A DNA stretch of 59,745 bases, counting the filler. It is 5 parts of 5 records of this genome, joined end to end, with 100 filler letters (N's around TTAATTAATTAA, not from the genome) between each part and the next. Parts side by side here need not be neighbours in the genome. Positions count along the whole stretch, not along the records: positions 46,612 to 59,745 come from SRR31156797_3631; 4 more parts are not named here. One strand, 5' to 3'. The position numbers and the translations under genes are program-made. Positions 51,665 through 59,722 of the stretch are shown piece by piece. A model generated the notes under the pieces. It searched no databases and was not told the DNA's origin. It saw only the letters and a list, made by a program, of their open reading frames with translations. How positions within the stretch are numbered: position 1 is the stretch's first letter; each line of letters starts with the position of its first letter.

Positions 51665-53479
51665 ATGGCAACCGCACAAGTAAAAAAATCTAATACAAAA
51701 TCAAAATTACAATCTTGGCAGGAAAATAATCCACAAGCATTTTTACAGTGGATAGAGGATATTCAACCCAGAATACTAGTCAATTCTCGTTATGAAATTT
51801 TTTCCCCTACCGAAAAACAATTAAAACTTATCAATGAAATTTTAAAACCTTCCGAAAATCAAATTAATATTCCCGATGATGAACCAGTAAAACCTATCGG
51901 AACCAGATCACATAACGCCAGAAAACCCAGACCATCACGAAAATCAAAAATTATTGGCGATGATAATATACAAAGCCGAAAATCATCATTTGCACACTCA
52001 CTCTCATTATTGATCCAACCTCGAAGACATGGCAAAAGTTCAATTCTCTGTTTAATCTGTCTGTGGTTATTTACCAGCCGCAAAAATTTAACCATTCAAT
52101 TGCTAGGAAACACTGAATCACATTGTCAGAGAGTTCAATTTTCAACCGTCAAAAAAATCATAGCAAATACCCCAAAACTGAGAAAATTGATTAATGAAAA
52201 AGATGAATATGTTTTTGAAATTTTCTTTCCGGCATGGGGGAACGTAATTCAGCGCAGCCCCGGGAACAACCCCAGCACTAGTTTCGGCCAGAAAATAGAC
52301 GTTTTATGGGTTAGTGATTTACACGCCTGTCAGGATCTGAGTCCGTTCAATGCATTGCAGGGCAGTTTAATAGACTCCAAAGACAGCCTACTTTTAATAG
52401 ACAGCAATGTAGACGCTAAAAACGGCCATGTTCATTTGATCCAGCAAGAGGCGGAAAACGATCCATCAATTTTTTGCAATCATACATTCTATCCTGACAT
52501 CGATAGTTACTGTGAAAATGCTCCCCCATGGATTAGTAGGACCAAAGCAAAAAGATTACAAAAAACATCATTAGAGGCAGATTTTAGGCGGGATATTTTA
52601 GGTTTAAGATCCGATGCTAAAAACGCATTATTTCCTGCCGATGTTATCGAATCATGTAAATCCCCGTATAAATGTCCGGTTGAATCCATCGAATCATTAA
52701 CACAGGGCAGGAGCTATCGGGTTGGAGGGGGTTTAGATCGATCAAAATCCCTGCTAGGCTCGGCAATGGGGAAAGACAATACAATATGGACGGTAGTATT
52801 AAAAATTGCTGGTGTAGAAGATATGGAACCGGAATTTTATGTTTTGAATCAGGTGAACGTGGTTCCAAATACGGCATCAAATATTAAAAAAATTATATTG
52901 AAGGATCACAAACGGTATAAACTCGATAATGCGGTTTTAGAAAATTATGAGACAATGGATTTGATCCCATGGTTGGAAAATCAAAAAATTCCATGTGAAT
53001 TAGTATCGCCACATAGCACGGTTCAAAATAGCGCATTCCCTGAATTAGGCCGAATCGTTAGGGAAGGGCGTTTGAAATTTCCCGCAGATAATAAACGTTT
53101 GATTTCTGAGATGGGAACGTTTTCTTATACCGCAGCTAGACGTGGGGAAGGGTATAGCTTCGGACATAGTAGTAAATCACAACATGATGATACTGTTTTT
53201 TCATTGTTGTGGAGTGTTTGGGCTTTACGTAGTCAAATCATGAATTTATACACGCTGTCAAATATAATGTGCAATTCTAAACGACCAAACAGGCATATGT
53301 GCTACCTAATGGGTGGTAACATGGAATTATTTTGCTCCGAACAATGTCATGCGGCACAGGAGGTCAGGGATATGCACAAGCAATTTTTGCAGTATCAGAT
53401 GGACTCCGATGTAACATTGAGCCAGTTTTATATAAATTATGTTAAACTAAGCGGAGCCAAAATTTATCAGGCGATATAA
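51665..53479 (+). CDS. terL: Terminase large subunit
   Basis: Walker A 'QPRRHGKS'; RNase H-like nuclease motifs 'GGGLDRS' and 'HDDTVFSL'; upstream of the portal. Confidence 0.85.
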   Translation: MATAQVKKSNTKSKLQSWQENNPQAFLQWIEDIQPRILVNSRYEIFSPTEKQLKLINEILKPSENQINIPDDEPVKPIGTRSHNARKPRPSRKSKIIGDDNIQSRKSSFAHSLSLLIQPRRHGKSSILCLICLWLFTSRKNLTIQLLGNTESHCQRVQFSTVKKIIANTPKLRKLINEKDEYVFEIFFPAWGNVIQRSPGNNPSTSFGQKIDVLWVSDLHACQDLSPFNALQGSLIDSKDSLLLIDSNVDAKNGHVHLIQQEAENDPSIFCNHTFYPDIDSYCENAPPWISRTKAKRLQKTSLEADFRRDILGLRSDAKNALFPADVIESCKSPYKCPVESIESLTQGRSYRVGGGLDRSKSLLGSAMGKDNTIWTVVLKIAGVEDMEPEFYVLNQVNVVPNTASNIKKIILKDHKRYKLDNAVLENYETMDLIPWLENQKIPCELVSPHSTVQNSAFPELGRIVREGRLKFPADNKRLISEMGTFSYTAARRGEGYSFGHSSKSQHDDTVFSLLWSVWALRSQIMNLYTLSNIMCNSKRPNRHMCYLMGGNMELFCSEQCHAAQEVRDMHKQFLQYQMDSDVTLSQFYINYVKLSGAKIYQAI

Positions 53480-53586
53480 ATTATTTAAAAATGTTCTAAT
53501 GTATAAATAAATGATATTAAAACGTTGTAAATGCCATAAAAATTTAGTAATTAGGATCTTAAAAGTAAAATAATAAAAAATAATGC

Positions 53587-53616
53587 TTGACAAGGTTATT
53601 TCAGTTATGGTATGGT
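53587..53616 (+). promoter_or_regulatory. Sigma70-like promoter for the com-portal operon
   Basis: TTGACA (53587) N18 TATGGT (53611) with TGn extension. Confidence 0.55.
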
Positions 53617-53652
53617 GATATGCAACGGGGGAATAATTAATTAGGATGAAAC

Positions 53653-53820
53653 ATGGTTTATAAACTTGAATATCGTTGTTATGCCTGTGGTAGGCTACTA
53701 GGCATAGGTCTGTTGGCTGGTGGCTGGCTGGACGTTAAATGCCGGAGGTGTAACCGTTTGAACCATATTTATGAAGGTAGTTGTAGCATAGCAACAGTTA
53801 GTAATATCAATATAATTTAA
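53653..53820 (+). CDS. com: Mu Com-family zinc-finger regulator (55 aa; absent from the ORF track)
   Basis: MVYKLEYRCYACGRLLGIGLLAGGWLDVKCRRCNRLNHIYEGSCSIATVSNINII*, matching 'RCxxCxRLL...KCxRCxxxN'; SD AGGA. Confidence 0.85.
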   Translation: MVYKLEYRCYACGRLLGIGLLAGGWLDVKCRRCNRLNHIYEGSCSIATVSNINII

Positions 53821-53843
53821 ATATTTAGTAGTAACAATTTTCA

Positions 53844-53899
53844 GAGCCCTTCTAGAGGCCATTTATTACGTTATCAATACGTGATTTTTGGCCTTTTTT
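53844..53899 (+). terminator. Com-box-overlapping terminator/attenuator upstream of the portal
   Basis: GAGCCC-TTCTA-GAGGCC (53844-53860) overlaps the 5' arm of hairpin AGGCCA..ATTACGT/ACGTGAT..TGGCCT, followed by a T-run. Confidence 0.65.
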
Positions 53900-53920
53900 A
53901 TTGCCCCGAGGAAAAATCTA

Positions 53921-55258
53921 ATGCTTTGGAATAGTACAGCAAAAACAGTAGTGCAAGAGATGTTTAGAGATGCACAGGAGAAAGCGGCACAGGAACGGAA
54001 AAACGATACAATAAAACGTTTGAGTTATTATCATGATGAACAGGAATCTTACATAGTAGAACTATTGGAAAAACATCATGCAGACCCAGACAAATTTGAA
54101 CCGGTTTTTTTCAATGTGGTGAAAAAAATAATAAATCAATTATCAATGGTGTATTTAGCCGATGCACAGAGGATAGTTGATGGTACGGATCAGGATAAAC
54201 AAATCTATGCAGATATAATTGATTCATCCAGCCTAAATCCAAAAATGAAAACCGCCAGTCGATATACAAAATTATTGAAAACTATTTTGCTGAGACCTGT
54301 ATGGCGAAAAGGTAAAATGGATTTAGATCTACTATCAGGTGATGTTTTGAATGTGATATGTGGAGATACACCTGAAATATTGGAGCAGGTTATGGTTACA
54401 CACTATCCACAATCAGGTGAGAGTAAAGATATAGAATATAGTTTGTGGTCTGACGAAACTTATCATAGATTAGATTACAATGGCAATATACTACAGTCAG
54501 AAGCAAATCCATATCATACTATACCATTTGTACCATTGTGGGATTCATACCCTGCCACGGGTTCATTTTGGGCTTCTGGTGGCAATGATCTAATCTCTAT
54601 CCAGTCCACAATAAACCAGAAATTGACGGATCTGATGCTTGTGATTGAGTATCAGGGATTTGGTGTTCCTGTTGCTAAAGGTTTGAAAGATGGTGGTAAA
54701 TTAACGGTAGGACCAAATTCAGCAGTGGAAATTGAAGATCCAAACGGAAGTTTTACATATGAGAAAACAAATGCCCCAATACAAGCAATTTTAAATTCAA
54801 TAGATTTTCTCATCAAAAATGCGGCTGTTACTAATGGTCTACCTGCATCTAGTTTATCCGTAAAGCCTACACAGGAGTCAGGACTAGCTAGGATATCCGG
54901 AAACCGGGAATTAGAGGAATTACGCCGTGATCAAATCGGACTATTTTCCACTTATGAGAAAAGATTATTTTCCATGTTTCGTACAGTTTGGAATGTTCAT
55001 AATCCATCTAAAAAAATCTCTGAAAACGCAAGACTAAAATTAGATTTTTTCGATCCTAAGCCTGTCATGAGTCCAGATAAACAGACTGAGCAGTGGGAAC
55101 GGGAACTAGAAATGGGAACAATATCAAGAGTGGAAATCTTGATGCTTAAGAACCCGGATTTATCCAAGGAGGACGCACAAAAAAAACTAGAAGAAATACA
55201 AAACGAAAACAAAAATTTTAACCTTTCGCCAGACCAAGGCGTAAAAATGGAGGAATAA
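53921..55258 (+). CDS. Phage portal protein (SPP1 gp6-like)
   Basis: 'YYHDEQ', 'FNVVKKIINQ', 'NPYHTIPFVP', 'LISIQ..IN', 'QESGLA'; SD GAGGA before ATG 53921; position in the head module. Confidence 0.82.
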   Translation: MLWNSTAKTVVQEMFRDAQEKAAQERKNDTIKRLSYYHDEQESYIVELLEKHHADPDKFEPVFFNVVKKIINQLSMVYLADAQRIVDGTDQDKQIYADIIDSSSLNPKMKTASRYTKLLKTILLRPVWRKGKMDLDLLSGDVLNVICGDTPEILEQVMVTHYPQSGESKDIEYSLWSDETYHRLDYNGNILQSEANPYHTIPFVPLWDSYPATGSFWASGGNDLISIQSTINQKLTDLMLVIEYQGFGVPVAKGLKDGGKLTVGPNSAVEIEDPNGSFTYEKTNAPIQAILNSIDFLIKNAAVTNGLPASSLSVKPTQESGLARISGNRELEELRRDQIGLFSTYEKRLFSMFRTVWNVHNPSKKISENARLKLDFFDPKPVMSPDKQTEQWERELEMGTISRVEILMLKNPDLSKEDAQKKLEEIQNENKNFNLSPDQGVKMEE

Positions 55259-55260
55259 AA

Positions 55261-55647
55261 ATGATAGACGAAAAATCCGTCAAAAAAGACGAAAAAATTG
55301 AAAACGAAAAAAACCAGACTATGCAGGAACACGTCACCGAAATGGCGGAAAACATGATTCCCAAAAGTCGATTTGATCAAGTCAACCAACAGAAAAAAGA
55401 CGCATTAGCTGTATTAAATTCTGTTGCCGATGAGCTGGCAAATGATGTGCCGAAAGATATGCAGGACCTAATTCCGGACCTAGCGCCAGCGGAAAAAATA
55501 ATTTGGATCAGACAGGCTATCAAAAAAGGGATCTTCAATGAAAATTTGGAAAACGGTCTGGACAGTAAACGACCAACCGGAAAAGTACCGATTGATCTAA
55601 CAGGTATGAGCCCCATGGATATGATGCGCCATGGGTATAAACAGTAA
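55261..55647 (+). CDS. Capsid scaffolding protein
   Basis: 'MIPKSRFDQVN' motif, charged and helical, between portal and MCP. Confidence 0.7.
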   Translation: MIDEKSVKKDEKIENEKNQTMQEHVTEMAENMIPKSRFDQVNQQKKDALAVLNSVADELANDVPKDMQDLIPDLAPAEKIIWIRQAIKKGIFNENLENGLDSKRPTGKVPIDLTGMSPMDMMRHGYKQ

Positions 55648-55680
55648 AAATTAAAAAATATTAAAAATTAGACCGTTTGT

Positions 55681-55719
55681 GAGTGCCTCTGAGCGCCAGA
55701 TATTCGGCACATGGAGGTA
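55681..55719 (+). promoter_or_regulatory. Com box plus SD-sequestering hairpin upstream of the major capsid gene
   Basis: GAGTGCC-TCT-GAGCGCC (55681-55697); TGCCTCTGAGCGCC pairs with GGCACATGGAGGTA (12/14 including G-U), burying SD GGAGGT. Confidence 0.78.
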
Positions 55720-55725
55720 GTACAA

Positions 55726-56664
55726 ATGGCAATTAGTTTAATTGAACAAGCGAAATTAAAAACAGATCCTTTACAGCGGGGGATTATCATGTGTTTTCCG
55801 GAATCTAGTCCGGTTTTGGAGGACATTCCGTTCATGAATGTATCTAGTGACACGTATAAATTCAATAGGGCGGATACATTACCACGTTCAGATTTTAGGG
55901 CTATCAACGAATCGTACACTGAGGGAACTAGCGGCATAGACCATGTAACGGAATCTTTGACTATTAGTGGCGGTTTCTCTGATGTGGATAGAGTGTTAGT
56001 GAAAACCCAGGGCAACATAAACGATTTAAGGGCGGTACATGACGCATTAAAAGCGAAATCCTGCGCTTTGAAATGGCAAAAAACATATTTCAAAGGCGAT
56101 GTCGAATCCAGTCCAAAAGAATTTGATGGGCTGCAATCCCGTTTAATCGGTGACCAGTTGATAGATGCCGGATCTGCTAGTGGTGGTGACGCTCTATCCC
56201 TAGCAAAACTGGACGAAACGATTGACGCTGTGGACGGTAGCCCAGATGCACTATACACAAACAAAACTATGCGTAGACTGTTGACTGTAGCCGCTAGAAC
56301 TACAACTGTTGGTGGAAATATCGCCTACACTCTGGATCAGTTTGGCCGCAGAGTTACCACCTACAATGATGTTCCCATTCGCATTATTGAAGAAGATGAA
56401 AATGGTGATCAGGTCCTTGGATTCGATGAGGCTGCACCCGGAGGCGGATCTAGTGTGTGTACCAGTATGTATGCCGTGAAATTCGGTTTAGGAACTCACT
56501 GTTGGGGTCTGCAATGTGGCGAGATGGATGTGATTGATATGGGGTTATACAGTGGTGGGACCAAATATCGTACACTGATTGAATGGATTTCAGGGTTCAC
56601 CATCGGGCATAACAAATCTGCAGCACGTTTGCGCGGTATCAAAAACGCTGATGTAGTGGCGTAA
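55726..56664 (+). CDS. Major capsid protein (HK97 fold inferred)
   Basis: 312 aa; 'SPVLEDIPF', 'FRAINE', 'GGFSDVDR', 'FKGD...PKEFDGL..R', 'AARLRGI'; follows the scaffold. Confidence 0.85.
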   Translation: MAISLIEQAKLKTDPLQRGIIMCFPESSPVLEDIPFMNVSSDTYKFNRADTLPRSDFRAINESYTEGTSGIDHVTESLTISGGFSDVDRVLVKTQGNINDLRAVHDALKAKSCALKWQKTYFKGDVESSPKEFDGLQSRLIGDQLIDAGSASGGDALSLAKLDETIDAVDGSPDALYTNKTMRRLLTVAARTTTVGGNIAYTLDQFGRRVTTYNDVPIRIIEEDENGDQVLGFDEAAPGGGSSVCTSMYAVKFGLGTHCWGLQCGEMDVIDMGLYSGGTKYRTLIEWISGFTIGHNKSAARLRGIKNADVVA

Positions 56665-56847
56665 AATTTAGGTTTCACGGGCCACCTGATCTGATCTGGC
56701 AATATATTTTTTTTCGATGTGGTTTTTCGACGGCATTATTCCCACAGAAGAAAAAAACATATTGTGGCCTATTTCGCAGAAAGATCCGATCCGCATTTAG
56801 AGGAGTGCGTTAAAAATCTTTATGATTTTCCTTAGATGTTAGGGCTA

Positions 56848-56897
56848 GGGACATGGGCGGGTTCTCCTCCCGCACCAACCATGTCCCAACATTTTTT
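56848..56897 (+). terminator. Hairpin/terminator after the capsid gene
   Basis: GGGACATGG-GCGGG/CCCGC-accaa-CCATGTCCC followed by a T-run. Confidence 0.55.
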
Positions 56898-56914
56898 AAC
56901 GGGGTTCCATATTT

Positions 56915-57301
56915 ATGGCACGGATATTTCACGGAGTTCCATATCCCAACAAAATTAAGAAAAAACGGAAAAAATTAAAAAAATACAATGAACGGGACCG
57001 GATGCCATATAGAGAAAGACGATGTGGTAACTATATGATATGTTTGGAAAATGCTGCTCGATTTGATCTAGTTTTAGACTGTACAGACTGCCCGAATTTG
57101 TGTATACCGTCGCCACAACCGGATGATGGCTATACAGCAATGATTCTGGAGGACGCAACATGCTGTTCAAGACTACTAAAAGCGATTTTCTACCCGCAGG
57201 CATGGAAACTGGAGGAACGTGAACGGCAACAGGAAAAAAACAAAGAAAATATTAAAAAATTAGAGGATGTATCTATTTCTGAAATCGAGTGGTATGGTTA
57301 A
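56915..57301 (+). CDS. Hypothetical Cys-rich basic protein
   Basis: 128 aa; Lys/Arg-rich N-terminus; C-x5-C and CxxC motifs. Confidence 0.6.
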   Translation: MARIFHGVPYPNKIKKKRKKLKKYNERDRMPYRERRCGNYMICLENAARFDLVLDCTDCPNLCIPSPQPDDGYTAMILEDATCCSRLLKAIFYPQAWKLEERERQQEKNKENIKKLEDVSISEIEWYG

Positions 57302-57315
57302 TTTTACAATGCAAA

Positions 57316-58005
57316 CTATTTATCTAGTAAATCATTCTTAAATTCATTTAGATTCATTTCAATTTTCTGTTCAAATTTATCATCTCTTTCATTATTATTA
57401 TATTTAACGAGGTCAGGCTGATTTTTTCTCCCCATTTTAGTCTCCCATTCTATATTGATTATGTTATCGTCTTTATGTATAGCAAAAAATCTAATATATG
57501 CTTTAGGTTTATTTAATCTAATATTGGTTCCTTCCCTATAAGCATCAAGACATATTTCAAGTTCCTTTTCCTTAAGAATAATTTTCCATTCACTAGGGGT
57601 TAATCCGAACTTAAAATCTTTACATTTTGGCAAAACATCGTTTTTTAAAATATCTTCTATTGTTTCTTCTTTAGGCTCTTTTTCCTCCATCATAATCTTT
57701 CTCCTTTCTAAAGCATTACCCATTTTTGATTGACGTCTAACGTCAGTGTTGATTAATATTTTATCAACAACAATCTGTTTTTTTGCCTGTGGGTTCGTTT
57801 TAAAATTCACAATCAAGCCATGCTTTGATGCAATTTCTTGGATCTCATCAAGACCACTCAATACAACTTGATCAGACTTTGATATTCCAAGTTTTGTGGC
57901 GATAGAGAGGAATTGTTCGTATAGCCTGTCAAAGTCTTTGTTGTCTTCATTGCATTCTGCACATGAGATACACATGTTTGTTGGATATAGTTCAAATTGT
58001 AGCAT
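57316..58005 (-). CDS. Hypothetical accessory (cargo) protein
   Basis: 229 aa, strong SD GGAGGAGG; the only convincing antisense gene in the element. Confidence 0.7.
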   Translation of the reverse strand: MLQFELYPTNMCISCAECNEDNKDFDRLYEQFLSIATKLGISKSDQVVLSGLDEIQEIASKHGLIVNFKTNPQAKKQIVVDKILINTDVRRQSKMGNALERRKIMMEEKEPKEETIEDILKNDVLPKCKDFKFGLTPSEWKIILKEKELEICLDAYREGTNIRLNKPKAYIRFFAIHKDDNIINIEWETKMGRKNQPDLVKYNNNERDDKFEQKIEMNLNEFKNDLLDK

Positions 58006-58530
58006 TTTTTGACCTCCTCCGTTAAAGGTTAATGTTTAAAATACTCCTGCTTTTCCCGACGAATCATGTCTCATCTCAAGCGCCGTGTTCTGATGATTTT
58101 CCTTATATCAGCGCATAAATGAAATTGCAAGAAAAAAATCGAAATCCGGCAAAATTTCTTGAAATAGACCATAAAATAACACCCTAAGCTATAAAATGCT
58201 AGTATATGGCTTGTAACAAACTATAATCGGAGATTATCAACTATGTAATTTTTTACTAATCACTCTATTCTAATTGTTGTATCGATACTAGAAAACACAA
58301 TTATGGTTTACTAAGAATTGGATTTACAAGAAACTTATATTAACCCTATGCCAGACACACGAGCCTAGTCGTCTAGTAGTCCTATACCATACCCATTCAT
58401 TAAAATTTTTCGTTGATCCTGACCATTCCTCATAAGTCGTGTGGACACTCAAACACATAATATAAACTCAATTTAGCAGAACAAGCAGATTAGAAGCAGA
58501 AGGGCCGCATTAAAAATATATAAATAATGC

Positions 58531-58559
58531 TCGACAACAATAAAGCCAATGCTTATATT
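58531..58559 (+). promoter_or_regulatory. Putative promoter for the RHH-integrase operon
   Basis: TCGACA-N17-TATATT. Confidence 0.45.
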
Positions 58560-58594
58560 GTTAGAAATATTAAAGCAGAACGGAGGCAGAGAAG

Positions 58595-58783
58595 ATGCAA
58601 AAAAACATAGTTTTTAGAGTTGATGAAAATTTACGGGCAAATTTCAAGGTGGCTGCGGCCATGGAGAGAAAAACCATGGCGGAAATTATGACAGCATTTG
58701 TCGTCAAATTTGTTGAGGAAACGTTTGATAGAGAGGAGGCAGACCATGGGAGTGACGGTCAGAGAAAATCTAGGAAAAGATAA
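58595..58783 (+). CDS. ParG/CopG-like ribbon-helix-helix protein
   Basis: 'KNIVFRVDENLRANFKVAAAMERKTMAEIM..FV'; SD GGAGG. Confidence 0.75.
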   Translation: MQKNIVFRVDENLRANFKVAAAMERKTMAEIMTAFVVKFVEETFDREEADHGSDGQRKSRKR

Positions 58784-58804
58784 AAAATAAAAAGGAGAAA
58801 TATT

Positions 58805-59722
58805 ATGGGGATTTTAGCTGAATGCCCGTTGTGTCACCAAAAGCAGGCAACTAAAAATAAAAAATGTAAATGTGGATATGATCTGGCAAAGGGCAAGCGA
58901 TCCAAGAAAGTTAAATTTTGGGTATCGTATTATTTGCCCGATGAAAATGGAAAACGAAAACAAAAACGTGAACCAGTTAAAGGCTTAGACGTTGACTCCT
59001 ATTCCATAGAGGATGCCAAATTGTTTGAAGCAAAGAAAAAAATTTTAAAGAAAGAGAAAAAGATATTTGATGTCAAAGAAGTGTCCACAACAACTTTTTC
59101 TGAGCTGGCAGAATGGTATTTGTCATTGGAAAAAGTTAAGGGACTTGCATCCTATTGGGTAATAGAATTATCACTTAAAAAATTTAACGCCGTTTTTGGT
59201 CACTATCAGGTAGTGACCATTAAAGCTGCCGACTTGGAAAATTATCAAGAAAAGAGAAAAAAAGCTGGAAAAGCTCCAGCAACGATAGATCATGAAATTG
59301 GAAAAAGTCGAACCATGATCCGAAAAGCTTTTGATAATGGCCTTGTGGATGGTGAAGTTTTGCGGACATTCAACAAAGTGAAAAACACATTGAAACCTGG
59401 ATCAGATGTTAGAGACCGAATATTATCAAAGGCTGAATTTAATAAGCTTATGGAACATGCAGCGCCGTATATAAGACCGGTAATAGCCATGGGATATTAT
59501 ACGGGCATGAGACGTGGGGAAATTCTGGGCTTAACCTTGGATAGACTAGATCTAAAAAAACGAATGATCTATTTGGAAAAGGAAGATACCAAAGATAATG
59601 AACCTAGAAACATTCCCATTTGTAATAAGCTGTATAAAATTTTAATTGAGGACGTTGACACTATCCGTAAAGCGGAAGAGGACAATACAGTTTTCCTGTA
59701 TAGAAAAAGACCTATCGAATAA
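58805..59722 (+). CDS. int: Tyrosine integrase with N-terminal zinc ribbon; C-terminal catalytic part missing
   Basis: 'CPLC...CKCG'; core-binding region 'APATIDHE'; catalytic 'YYTGMRRGEIL.L' and 'TKD..PR.IP'; stops before the HxxR and Tyr motifs. Confidence 0.85.
   Translation: MGILAECPLCHQKQATKNKKCKCGYDLAKGKRSKKVKFWVSYYLPDENGKRKQKREPVKGLDVDSYSIEDAKLFEAKKKILKKEKKIFDVKEVSTTTFSELAEWYLSLEKVKGLASYWVIELSLKKFNAVFGHYQVVTIKAADLENYQEKRKKAGKAPATIDHEIGKSRTMIRKAFDNGLVDGEVLRTFNKVKNTLKPGSDVRDRILSKAEFNKLMEHAAPYIRPVIAMGYYTGMRRGEILGLTLDRLDLKKRMIYLEKEDTKDNEPRNIPICNKLYKILIEDVDTIRKAEEDNTVFLYRKRPIE

Noticed and set aside
55668-56264. 198-aa antisense ORF over the capsid gene
   Set aside because: Fully overlaps the MCP gene and its leader, has no recognisable motif, and is a likely shadow ORF.
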